Of a stretch of DNA of 64,000 bases, positions 1 through 10,200 are shown piece by piece. Positions within the stretch are counted from its first letter, which is position 1, and each line of letters starts with the position of its first letter. The translations under genes and the position numbers were made by a program. Below the pieces are notes generated by a model, which worked only from the letters and a program-made list of their open reading frames with translations, ran no database searches and was not told the DNA's origin. Source of the DNA: Candidatus Falkowbacteria bacterium (GTDB lineage: Bacteria > Patescibacteriota > Patescibacteriia > Patescibacteriales > UBA12465); assembly GCA_037132255.1 (NCBI GenBank), contig JBAXPN010000001.1:191395-255394 (forward strand), given 5' to 3'.

Positions 1-1
1 T

Positions 2-3000
2 TACATGTCTTGGTACAATGACTTCAATGGCGTTGTAACTATCCCTGCTTCTGAATTACAAAGCTACCCATTAGGTGGCAATGTAGTAATGAGAGCGGGC
101 ACCAAGTTAGTGAAAATCACAACTGATCCTTCCGTTTACGCTGTTGAACCTAATGGCGTTTTAAGAAAGATCCAAAGTGAAGCACAAGCTGCAGCTTTAT
201 TCGGCACCAACTGGAACAAGAGAGTTGTTGACGTTTCTGACGCTTTCTTCACTAACTACACTATTGGCGCAGTTTTAGCTAATGGTGTTATCCCAGCTGG
301 TTCCTTAGTAAAAAATGCAAGCGGTGCTGAAATCTTTTACTTCGACGGAACTAACTATCGTTCAATCGCTAACGAAGCTGCTTTCAATGCAAATAGATTT
401 GCTTGGGGCAACATTATTACTGCTAGCTCTACTGTTACTGCTGGTGGTTCTAATCTTTCAAGCGGTGAATTCGTTAACGTCGCACAAAATGGCGGCACTG
501 GAATTGTTATTACTGGTTCTGGTTTAATGGTTTCATTAAATGCCAGCACTCCAGCTGCAGCTTCAGTACCACAAAATGGTGCACGCGTTCCAATGGCTAA
601 AATCAATTTGACTGCAGCTAATGATGGCGCGGTAAGCGTTAACTCAATTCTTGTTAAGAGAATTGGTTTATCTTCATATAGTGATGTTAACCAAGTTTGG
701 ATGGAAAAGGACGGTTCTATCGTTGCTTCCAAAAAGACTGTTAACTCCAATGACGAATCTATCTTAACTTTCTCCCCAGCTTTAATCGTTAATGCTGGCC
801 AAACTGTTACTTTAGATTTAATTGCTTCTTTGAAGGGTTCAGGCGGCAACATGGGCTTCAGTATTGCTTCTGCTTCTGCAGTTAGTTCAACTGGCGCTAC
901 TGTTTCCGGTTCTTTCCCTGTTAGTGGCAATGTAATGTCATTGACTAGCTATAACGTTGTTAACCTTTCAATCACTACTACTGCCGCTACTCAATCTGTA
1001 AAGGTTGGTGACGAAAAGGTAGAATTAGGTAGTTTTGAATTAGGTTTCAATAGTACTGCTAAGGACGTTACTGTTAGCTCAATCATGTTAAAGAATAATG
1101 GCGTTGAGGATCTTTCCAAGACTGCTATGAATCTTTACTTAGAACAAGCTGGTAATAAGGTTTCAACTGGCGTAACCGTAAATGGCCGCTATGTTACCTT
1201 TACTTTCGGTTCTGGTTTAAATTTACTTAAAGATGACTCTTCCAAGATCTTCAAGATCAAGGGTGATGTCATTGGTAAAGAAAATACCGGTACCCCTAGT
1301 TATACTTTCACTTTGAACAAGAGCACTGATTTGATTGCTTATGAAAAGAGCACAGGTTTTGGCGCTAATGTTTTAAATGGTACATCTGGCAGCGTTTCTG
1401 CTGACAACATGACTATTTCTAATGTTAACATCACTTCCGGCGCAATTTCTGTTTCTAAGAAATCAACTTCACCATCTGACACTACTATCGTTAAGGGTTC
1501 AGACAACATTGTTTTATTAGCTAACGTTAAGACTGACGAAGCGATGAATGCTGATGGCTTAAACATTAGCTACTCTTCAGACGGTTCACAGGCTCTTACA
1601 ACTGATCAATTTGAGAACGTAAGAGTTTACGTCAATGGCGTACTTTTGGATTCTTTTGATCCAGCTACGACTACAGCTGTAATTTCCAAGTCTATTGATT
1701 CAAACTTATCCTTAGTTAAGGGTGATAATGAAATCAAGGTCATGGCTAAGGCTAAGACAAATGCTACTAACAATGCAGCTTTCATTGCTAAATTAGTTAC
1801 TGGCGTTGGTTCTGATGCTTTATTTGCATCTAAGAATCCTACCTATGTTTCATCTGGTAACGCTATTGCTGCAGGCAGCATTGGTGGAAGCGCAACTGGC
1901 GCAACCTTCACTGTCGCTGGTGCAGTTATCTCTGTTACAAGAAATGATGGTTATTCCGCTGGAAAGACTATCGTTAAAGGTAGTAATGATGTTTCTTTAG
2001 GTAAGTTTACCTTAAAGGCAACTAATGATGCTTTAACAGTTACTTCTATTTCTTTAGCTGGTAACTCAACTGCATCTACTTCTACTACTACTGATTCTTC
2101 AATTTTTGACGCTAAGGTCTATGTTGATGGCGTTCAAGTTGGTAATACTGTAGATTTCACATCTACTGGTGCTAATTTCTCGTCATTAAATTTCTCCATT
2201 GCTAAGGATACTACAAAGAGTGTCGAAATTAAGGCATCCTTTGATTCTTCTGCAACTGGCGGATTTAAGACTGTTATGACTGTCAATGCTCAAGATTCAC
2301 GTGGTAAGGAAATCACAACAAACAACACTGCTTCTACTGTCGACTTCAATGTCACATCTGCTGGTTCTTTGAACGTAGCTTTAGGTGGTAATACTCCTGC
2401 TGCTGCAATCTTAGTAGCTAAGGCTGCTGAACAAGAAGTTGCTCAGATTAAGTTCACTGCTATCAACGATAGCGCGAGCATTACTGAAATCAATGTTATT
2501 AATTGGGATGGCGTATCTGCTACTTCCACAACTGCTGACCCAAGAATCGCTTCTGTCAAATTATATGATGGCAGCAATTTATTAGATTCTTTCGTTCCAG
2601 TTAACGGTGCAGGCAAATTCACTATCTCCAATGATGCAGCTTTAATCGCTGCTAATAACAGCAAGACTTTATCAGTTAAGGTTTCTTTGAACCCTATTGA
2701 TAATGACTCTGCTGCAACTGATAAGGATTTAATGATCAGAGTAACTACTGTTAAATCCAAGTCATCTGCTGGTTCTGTTACAAGCTTAACTGCTAATGTA
2801 AATGCAAATAGCTTCCGTATCAGAAAGACTGTTCCTACTGTTACTTTAGCTGCTTTACCTTCAACTTTATTAACTGCTGGTAACACAGTAGTTTCCAAGT
2901 TCACTGTAAGCGCTGATAGTAATGGTGACGTTGCTTTAGGAAAGATTGTGTTAAATTATTCTACTTCATCTGATGTAGTTCTTAACACAGCTGTTCTAGC

Positions 3001-3331
3001 CAACGCTGTTAAGGTTAATGGTGTAACCAAGTCTGCAACTTCTACTGTTAGCATTGCAAACAAGACTATCACTATCGACTTCACACAGTCTGCTGAAGAA
3101 ATTGTTTCTGCTGGTACTTCTAAGACAATTGAAATCTTAGCTAATATCGTTTCTGTTGGTAATAACTCACAATCTTTGACAACAACGATTGCTGAACCTT
3201 CTACCTACACTGATGGTGGCAGCACTACTTTCCAATGGTCTGATGGAGCTTCCATCACTGCAGCTACTTATTCTAGTGGCCGAAGAGTACCTGGCTTAAG
3301 CACGGACACTCAGGTTCTATCTAAGAACTAA
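2..3331 (+). CDS. Large Ser/Thr/Ala-rich secreted surface (S-layer-like) protein, 5' end outside window
   Basis: Frame is open from the window start. >1100 aa of beta-rich repeats (e.g. KINLTAANDG / GKFTLKATND / QIKFTAIND / KFTVSADSN). Strongly biased codons (GCT/ACT/TCT/TTA) suggest high expression. A strong terminator follows. Confidence 0.75.
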   Translation, partial: YMSWYNDFNGVVTIPASELQSYPLGGNVVMRAGTKLVKITTDPSVYAVEPNGVLRKIQSEAQAAALFGTNWNKRVVDVSDAFFTNYTIGAVLANGVIPAGSLVKNASGAEIFYFDGTNYRSIANEAAFNANRFAWGNIITASSTVTAGGSNLSSGEFVNVAQNGGTGIVITGSGLMVSLNASTPAAASVPQNGARVPMAKINLTAANDGAVSVNSILVKRIGLSSYSDVNQVWMEKDGSIVASKKTVNSNDESILTFSPALIVNAGQTVTLDLIASLKGSGGNMGFSIASASAVSSTGATVSGSFPVSGNVMSLTSYNVVNLSITTTAATQSVKVGDEKVELGSFELGFNSTAKDVTVSSIMLKNNGVEDLSKTAMNLYLEQAGNKVSTGVTVNGRYVTFTFGSGLNLLKDDSSKIFKIKGDVIGKENTGTPSYTFTLNKSTDLIAYEKSTGFGANVLNGTSGSVSADNMTISNVNITSGAISVSKKSTSPSDTTIVKGSDNIVLLANVKTDEAMNADGLNISYSSDGSQALTTDQFENVRVYVNGVLLDSFDPATTTAVISKSIDSNLSLVKGDNEIKVMAKAKTNATNNAAFIAKLVTGVGSDALFASKNPTYVSSGNAIAAGSIGGSATGATFTVAGAVISVTRNDGYSAGKTIVKGSNDVSLGKFTLKATNDALTVTSISLAGNSTASTSTTTDSSIFDAKVYVDGVQVGNTVDFTSTGANFSSLNFSIAKDTTKSVEIKASFDSSATGGFKTVMTVNAQDSRGKEITTNNTASTVDFNVTSAGSLNVALGGNTPAAAILVAKAAEQEVAQIKFTAINDSASITEINVINWDGVSATSTTADPRIASVKLYDGSNLLDSFVPVNGAGKFTISNDAALIAANNSKTLSVKVSLNPIDNDSAATDKDLMIRVTTVKSKSSAGSVTSLTANVNANSFRIRKTVPTVTLAALPSTLLTAGNTVVSKFTVSADSNGDVALGKIVLNYSTSSDVVLNTAVLANAVKVNGVTKSATSTVSIANKTITIDFTQSAEEIVSAGTSKTIEILANIVSVGNNSQSLTTTIAEPSTYTDGGSTTFQWSDGASITAATYSSGRRVPGLSTDTQVLSKN

Positions 3332-3370
3332 GTAAAGTCTTCCCGATTTTCTTTAATTAATCGGAACAAT

Positions 3371-3398
3371 AAAAGAGCCCCTTTGGGGGCTCTTTTTT
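3371..3398 (+). terminator. Intrinsic terminator
   Basis: AAAAGAGCCCC-TTT-GGGGGCTCTTTTTT hairpin plus T-tract after the surface-protein gene. Confidence 0.85.
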
Positions 3399-3426
3399 GT
3401 CGGTAATTTTTGCTAATTTTATTGAA

Positions 3427-3455
3427 TTGAAGCAGACAGGGAATTATGATATAAT
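3427..3455 (+). promoter_or_regulatory. sigma70 promoter with extended -10
   Basis: TTGAAG-17 nt-TATAAT with TG upstream of the -10. Confidence 0.55.
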
Positions 3456-3575
3456 TTTTTATACCTCCCCGATATTTAACTTGAGATTTAACGAGCTACC
3501 GGAGGCAATTATTTATTAATTGCCGTATACCATTTATCATTATCTTCTCCTAATGTTAGATGGTGGGCCAAAATT

Positions 3576-3791
3576 ATGTCCCAATTAGCGCCAGTTATGT
3601 TAACAGCTGATCAATTTAATCAGCTCGCAACAAAAGAAGACATCAAAGAGTTGTCGGAAAAAATGGAAGAAAGATTCAATATACTTGATTACAAAATAGA
3701 CACAAACGGGGCGCAGAGCTACAAAGATACAAACGCCGCGATATTAAACCATGAAATTAGGATAAAAAAACTTGAATCAAAATATATTTAA
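3576..3791 (+). CDS. Small coiled-coil protein (ATKEDI motif)
   Basis: 71 aa with LATKEDIKEL and HEIRIKKLE heptad patterns. Own promoter upstream and a hairpin downstream. Confidence 0.6.
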   Translation: MSQLAPVMLTADQFNQLATKEDIKELSEKMEERFNILDYKIDTNGAQSYKDTNAAILNHEIRIKKLESKYI

Positions 3792-3872
3792 ATTAAGCAT
3801 AATAGCCGTCGACAGCCCATCGACGGCTATGTTATAATAACCTTGTTATATATTTGCTAAATTATTAAAATT

Positions 3873-6131
3873 ATGTCGCCAAAAACTTATTTAAGAATTT
3901 TGCAGGGTGGTATTATCGCATCGCTATTTATCATTCTTCTTGTCTTTAAAAATTTGCTTTTCCCGTATATTACCTCGAAGCAACTGCCGTTTAATATTAT
4001 TATGGAGATTCTCTTCGCGCTCTGGGCTGTATTTATGCTTCGATATCCGGAGTATCGACCGAAGAAGAGTTTTATTTCTTATGGATTAATTGCATATTTT
4101 GCCGCTATTCTCGTTTCTTGTTTTATTAGTGTTGATTTTAATTTAAGTTTTTGGGGTGACGCTGAAAGAATGCTTGGCTTCTTTCACTTGGTCCATTTCT
4201 TAATCTTTTACTTTATATTGATAACAGTTTTCCGCACTTGGAAAGAATGGCGCTTGCTCTTTCAGGCATCCGTCGCGATTGCTACTATTGTCAGTTTCGT
4301 TGGTTTATGGGGCGCTAATTCTTATAGCACAATTGGTAACACAGCTTACGTTAGTGGCTATTTAATATTTAGCATTTATTTTATTATTCTGCTTTTCTTC
4401 CGTTCCCAGGATAAGTTGGCTCGTTGGCTTTATATTTTACCCTTAATACCGATGGTGATAGAATTTTGGCGAATGCATACCTCCGGAGCAATTATAGGCT
4501 TGACTCTTAGCATCCTCCTGATGATTTTATTATTCGGCTTATCCCATGTTAATAAAATAATTCGACGTAGCTCTCTAATTATATTTATTCTAGCAATCCT
4601 AGGTATAGTTTGGATATTTTCACAATCAAGTTCCTCTTGGTTTCAAAATAGTTTCTTAAGAAATTTAACTTCACAAAAAGTTACTTTCCAAACCCGTTTA
4701 ATTTCTTGGAAGGGAGCAGCGGCTGATTTTAAGTATCATCCAATTTTTGGCACCGGCTTTGGTAATTATGCCATTATTTTTGATAAGCATTTTACTTCCG
4801 ACTTTTATAACTACACGACCGGAGATACTTATTTTGATCGCGCTCATAATAATTTAATTGATATTACTTCAACCACTGGTCTTGTTGGGCTCGCAACTTA
4901 TCTCAGTATTTTCCTGGCTGCTATTTATTATCTTTGGAAAGAATTTAAGCTTAACGGGAAGAGAACAAGCTCTGATATTGGTGGTCTAAATAATATTGAA
5001 ATTATTATTGCCGTATCTCTCATTGCTGCCTATTTTATTCAAAATTTGGCAATATTTGACTCCTTCTCGACGCTTTTAGGGCTTATTAGCATCCTAGGCT
5101 TCGTTTATTGGCTTGATTATCGTCGCGGCGCAGGTAGCGAGATTAAGAAAGAACCACGCCTTGCTATAAAGGGCGACAATGCGGAATTGATTTGTCTAAT
5201 CGGCTTCTTAGCAATTGCCTATATTTTTACTAATTATTACAACGTCCGTACCTGGAAAATGTTTACCGGATCAATTGATGGCTATGCGCAAATTGCTAAT
5301 GGTCAATTAATCAGTGGCGTAGAGGCCTATAAGTCGAGTTTAACGGGGCGACCGATGGAACGTGACGCACGGGTAACTTTGATTAATCTTGTTATTTCAA
5401 ATCCTAGTTTATTATCAAATCTTGATAGTAAAAAAGCGGGCGAGATATTGGATTATGTAATTGGACTAGCCGAAAAGAATGTCTCTTATAATGTCGAGGA
5501 TAGCATGCAGCAAATGCAATTGGCACAAATTCTTGATGCGGCTGCACGCTATAATTACCGTAATGCCGAGAAATTTAATTTCTACTCAAGTCAGGCAATG
5601 TCGGCCATTGACGCTTCTATCGCGGCAAGCCCGGGACGTGCCACAACCTACTTTGTTAAAGCTCAGATGCAACTTATGCGCATGGAGAATGAGGATGCCA
5701 TAAACACTATGAAGGTCGGCATCGCTTTGAATCCTAATTATTATGAAGGTCATTGTCGTTTAGCGCAGATGTACTTTGTTCTTAAGGATCCGAAGTATGA
5801 AGCCGATAAAGGTTTGGCCTTAAATAACTGCGTTGACAAGGGAGGGGTTGATCAGATTGGTTCAGATACCCTATTAAAGTTAGCGATTAATTATTACTCA
5901 GACGCGAAAGACTATTCACGCGCGGCAATATTAACTGAGCGCCTTGCTGTTGTTACCGGAGCTGACCCAGAAGTTTGGTATAATTTAGCCAAGCTTTATG
6001 CTGTTATTGGTAGTTCAACTAAGGCTGAGGAATCATTTCAAAAGGCTTACGCGCTTGATTCTACGATTTCCGTAAAAGATTGGCAGGCATTTAAGACTAC
6101 TATTGAAACAAATCGAAAGGCCGTGAAATAA
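3873..6131 (+). CDS. O-antigen ligase (Wzy_C/WaaL-like) membrane protein with C-terminal TPR repeats
   Basis: Many TM helices. R..SW...PIFGTGFGNY and DRAHN motifs, TGLVGL. TPR-like C-terminus (WYNLAKLY...AEESFQKAYALD). Confidence 0.85.
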   Translation: MSPKTYLRILQGGIIASLFIILLVFKNLLFPYITSKQLPFNIIMEILFALWAVFMLRYPEYRPKKSFISYGLIAYFAAILVSCFISVDFNLSFWGDAERMLGFFHLVHFLIFYFILITVFRTWKEWRLLFQASVAIATIVSFVGLWGANSYSTIGNTAYVSGYLIFSIYFIILLFFRSQDKLARWLYILPLIPMVIEFWRMHTSGAIIGLTLSILLMILLFGLSHVNKIIRRSSLIIFILAILGIVWIFSQSSSSWFQNSFLRNLTSQKVTFQTRLISWKGAAADFKYHPIFGTGFGNYAIIFDKHFTSDFYNYTTGDTYFDRAHNNLIDITSTTGLVGLATYLSIFLAAIYYLWKEFKLNGKRTSSDIGGLNNIEIIIAVSLIAAYFIQNLAIFDSFSTLLGLISILGFVYWLDYRRGAGSEIKKEPRLAIKGDNAELICLIGFLAIAYIFTNYYNVRTWKMFTGSIDGYAQIANGQLISGVEAYKSSLTGRPMERDARVTLINLVISNPSLLSNLDSKKAGEILDYVIGLAEKNVSYNVEDSMQQMQLAQILDAAARYNYRNAEKFNFYSSQAMSAIDASIAASPGRATTYFVKAQMQLMRMENEDAINTMKVGIALNPNYYEGHCRLAQMYFVLKDPKYEADKGLALNNCVDKGGVDQIGSDTLLKLAINYYSDAKDYSRAAILTERLAVVTGADPEVWYNLAKLYAVIGSSTKAEESFQKAYALDSTISVKDWQAFKTTIETNRKAVK

Positions 6132-6153
6132 AGAAAAAATAAAGAGAGAATTT

Positions 6154-6185
6154 AAAAAATCAGATCTTCGGGTCTGATTTTTTTT
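6154..6185 (+). terminator. Intrinsic terminator
   Basis: AAAAAATCAGATC-TTCG-GGTCTGATTTTTTTT. Confidence 0.85.
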
Positions 6186-6313
6186 ATTGTCGTAAAACTC
6201 AATAAATATGGCAGAAATACTATTGATATCATTTAATATTATTTAGAAATATTTTAATTATCCATAAGTAGGGACTTGCTATAGTATTTAGACTTAAAAT
6301 TAATTCTAAACAT

Positions 6314-7243
6314 ATGAAATTATCTTTTTATCGCCAAGTAAAAATTAATCGAAAAATATTAATAATCGCCTCAGTGATACTTGTGCTTATGACGATTATT
6401 AGCTACTACCTGATTCGATTATTTAGTCTTAGTGGTTCGGAAATTGCCCTAGCCGAGCTTGAGAAGTCGTATTCGGCGGAACCAATTTGTCACGTTAAAT
6501 GTGATATTTGGCGAAGAGAAAAGGAACAAATAATAATTAAAGATTTAAAGAAGTTCTCCCCTAAAGCGACTAAAAGAATGGAAAAATATTGGTCATTTCT
6601 CCCTGACGATTCCCGATTTAAGATTGAAATTGCCCAGATTGCCCTTCTCGCTTATGGCGAAAATAATCCACCGGTTTATTTAAAAGAATACCTTGATAAT
6701 CCGTCGGCTGATTTAAAATTACTTCGCGAAATAATTATCAGATTTAATTCGCTGGCAGTTAATAATCGAATATTAATTAATAATTTATCTAAGATAGCGA
6801 AAAATGCGAGTTCAAGCGAAATAAAAATAGCGGCTATTCAAACATTAAAAGAAATTAATAACGACGGGGAAATAGGAAACTATTTCAAAATAATTAATTC
6901 GAATAGTGAGCTCAACGTTAAATTAGAATTAGTCAAAAATATAAGTAATATTCGTGATAAGCAAAATATATTCACGAAAGAGCAACTGGAAATTATTAAG
7001 AATATTATTGTGAAAGGGGATACTGAAAACCCCTTACGGCAATCATTGGTGCAATTATTAGGTGATTATTATTTGATATATCCGGATGAAAGTATCTCGA
7101 TTTGGCAATCAGTCTATAAAAATGAGGCTCTCGATAGTATCAGTCGTAGTTTTAGTGCCGACTATATAAATCACTTAACAAATACGAATTTAGATATACC
7201 GACTGTTAGCGATAATGAATGGCAAGATTATTATAATCAGTAA
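6314..7243 (+). CDS. Membrane-anchored helical (HEAT-repeat-like) hypothetical protein
   Basis: N-terminal TM segment, CHVKC motif, then repeated amphipathic helices (EIKIAAIQTL, NVKLELVKNI, LRQSLVQLL). Confidence 0.6.
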   Translation: MKLSFYRQVKINRKILIIASVILVLMTIISYYLIRLFSLSGSEIALAELEKSYSAEPICHVKCDIWRREKEQIIIKDLKKFSPKATKRMEKYWSFLPDDSRFKIEIAQIALLAYGENNPPVYLKEYLDNPSADLKLLREIIIRFNSLAVNNRILINNLSKIAKNASSSEIKIAAIQTLKEINNDGEIGNYFKIINSNSELNVKLELVKNISNIRDKQNIFTKEQLEIIKNIIVKGDTENPLRQSLVQLLGDYYLIYPDESISIWQSVYKNEALDSISRSFSADYINHLTNTNLDIPTVSDNEWQDYYNQ

Positions 7244-7247
7244 TTAT

Positions 7248-10200
7248 ATGAAAAAAATATTGATAATTATATTCGGACTTATATTTTTACCCAAAATCTG
7301 TGGTGCTATGCCACCCGGAACTTTAGTCTATCGAACATCGGAAAATGGTCGGATGTTTGGTTATAGTGGCGATCCTTTAATATATTCGGAAAAAGGAATA
7401 GTAAAAAATATAAACTCCGGTCATGTTGGTATATACATCGGTCAGGAAAATGGCGTAGATTATATTGTTGAGGCCCTAGCTAATGGTATAGTAAAAACAC
7501 CGGCTGACAAATTTGTAAATTTAGGCGAGGGAGAAAAATATTTAGGAGCAAAAATTCCAAAAAATCTTTCCGCTATTCAACAGGCCAAGGTTGTCGCAAT
7601 TGCCAAGAGCTTAGTCGGAAAAAATCTGGCTTATGATTTTGATTTCAAAACTCAAAAGGGTCCGGAGTCGGGAGAATGGACTTGCGTCGGTCTAACAGAA
7701 AAGTTATACGAAAGTGCAAATATTTATAATCCAAATAATTTAGGTTCTCTAGAATATGAAACAAGCTATTACGCAATTGATATAACTCCTGACGGTTTTG
7801 ATAATTATAGTACTGTAAATTCCTACGGTGATTGTTTTTCGGCTGATTATGAATATTCAAAAATTGCTGCCCGTGTTGATATATTAATCCCCGCGCCCGA
7901 ATTAGTCGGATTCGATGTCGGTCTTATAAAAGATGATGAGCGCTATATATTTATCCCTTATACTCAATATCTTCAGCCCAGTTTAAGTGATATTACTACC
8001 GATATAACGATGGAATCATATTTTAATGGTTCGGAAGTTCGTGGTTCAACTTCTAAATATGCGCTTGCGCTGCGTTGGAGCTTAATTAATAATCCATCGT
8101 CGTCATTAAGCACAATCGCACGTAAAACAAAAGAGGCGGTAATAAGTTTGAAAAATAGAATATTCGGGAACGGAACAGACGCAGCAGAAATTGCGCTTGT
8201 TACTGAAAATACTTCAAACCAAAATGTCACGTCAGAAGACACAACTGCAAAAACCGGGGCGCTTATAAATAAAGCGACATCGACAAAATTAGAAGATGCT
8301 GAAATAAATGATCCTAAAACTACAAATACTGGTAAGCAAGCTACAACTGCAAAGACCAGTACGAGTAAAACGGTTTCTACTAAGACTAATTCAACCCAGA
8401 CTAATTCGGTTTCTAATAATAAAACGAATCAAAACACAAATACCATTAATGACTCAGTTGAGGCGGCTAGTTACTATAGTCCCGCTAAAGCGTCGGAAAA
8501 TACCGTTATAGCGGCGGATTCTAAAGTTATAGAGACGCCAAAAATTGCGACTGTAAGTAGAATATACGCGACGGGAAATAATAAATGGATTGAATTATAT
8601 AATCCGACGGATTTAGATTTTGATTTAGCGGCTGCTGGCTATCGTTTGGAAAAAGCCAAGACGGCAGCTGACCCAACTTTAATAATGCGCATCGGAAAGA
8701 CCGAAGATGGTTCTTATCCCGGAGGAACAATTATTAAAGCGCGTGGCACATATATGATTGTAAAAAGTACGGCGAGTGATTATTACTTACGACAGGCTGA
8801 TGCCGTAGCCACGCGTGATGATTTTACTTGGCCAAGTTCTGGATACACAATATATTTGGGCACGGGAGCGATAAGTTCTAATACCGATCCCGACATAGTT
8901 GAAGCTCTTGGCTATGGCGCGAATGCGACCTATTATCAAGGGGACGCTCCAGCTCCTGAAATCACTGATAATTATAGTCTTAATCGCCAAAAGGGTAGTG
9001 GAAATAATAATCTTGATTTTAAACTCGTTAAGTCCGATGACCCAACAATTGACTGGACAATTGATAATGAAGAAGAAACATCAAATACAGCAACAAGCAC
9101 GATAATAAATACAGCAGCTAGTACAAGTACTATTTCGACTACTACACATATTATTGCAACTACAACGCCAAGCATATCAAATAGTACTAATAATATTGCT
9201 TCGACGACAAGTAATATTGCGACCTCAAGCCCGAATCAGGCCAACACGCTTCCGCTTCTTATAAATGGAATTTATGGCAGCGGTGTAAATGATTGGATAG
9301 AATTGTATAACCCGAATAATTTTGCAATTGATTTGTATTCAAATGAATATCGTTTAGAAAAAACTAAAACGGCGATAGACCCAGCTCTTATCATGAGAAT
9401 TGGTGATCCGCTAGATGGTTATTATCCCGGGACTACAATCATAAACGCCAATGGTAAATATCTGATTGTGCGCGATGATGCCGATCAATTTTTTAAAGAT
9501 AAAGCCAGCGCCATTGCGACTCGTTTAGATTTTAGCTGGTTAAATTCCGGATACACATTATATTTAGCTAGCGGCCCAGTTAGTTCAAGTACCGATGAGG
9601 ATATTATCGACACCCTGGGCTTCGGACTTAATGCAACTTTTTGGCGCGGTTATAATCCAGCAGAAGCGATGAAAGACGGTTATAGTTTAAGCAGAACTTC
9701 AAATACTGGTAATAATAATTTAGATTATAATTTATTGAAGTCTGATGATCCTAGTATTGATTGGTCAGAGGAAAATAGTGATACTGGGACATCGATGAAT
9801 ATTTACAATTTTTCCACCTCTTCTTACGACCTATTTTCTTTTCCGGAACCAATAAATTCCGCCGGCTTAGAATATGTCTGGCATTTCGATGAATGCACGG
9901 GGTCTACAACTGCGAGTAGTTTAGGCAATTCTACTCTAAACGTAGCTAATCATTGGAAGTCGGGGAAGTATATTTGCTCTAAGGAAGCGGGATATGACTA
10001 CGGGAAGATAGTTGGGCCACTGGATAAACAAATTGATATAAATAATTTCACAATTAGCTTTTGGTTTAAAGCAACTCAAAGCTATCCGCGATTAAGTTTA
10101 ACTCTCGCAAACGATCAGAGTGATTCAATAAATGTAACCCTGGAACAAGGATTGATGCAATTTAGTGGCTTAGCAAATCCGAGTTGGCGATATTATCAAG

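Noticed and set aside
355-2904. Long antisense ORFs (355-930, 1339-1566, 2443-2904) in the surface-protein gene
   Set aside because: Shadow frames caused by the strong codon bias of the sense gene; no recognisable motifs.
3802-3830. Perfect 11-bp inverted repeat as a REP/MITE element
   Set aside because: Single copy located right after a stop codon; most simply a transcript 3'-end hairpin.
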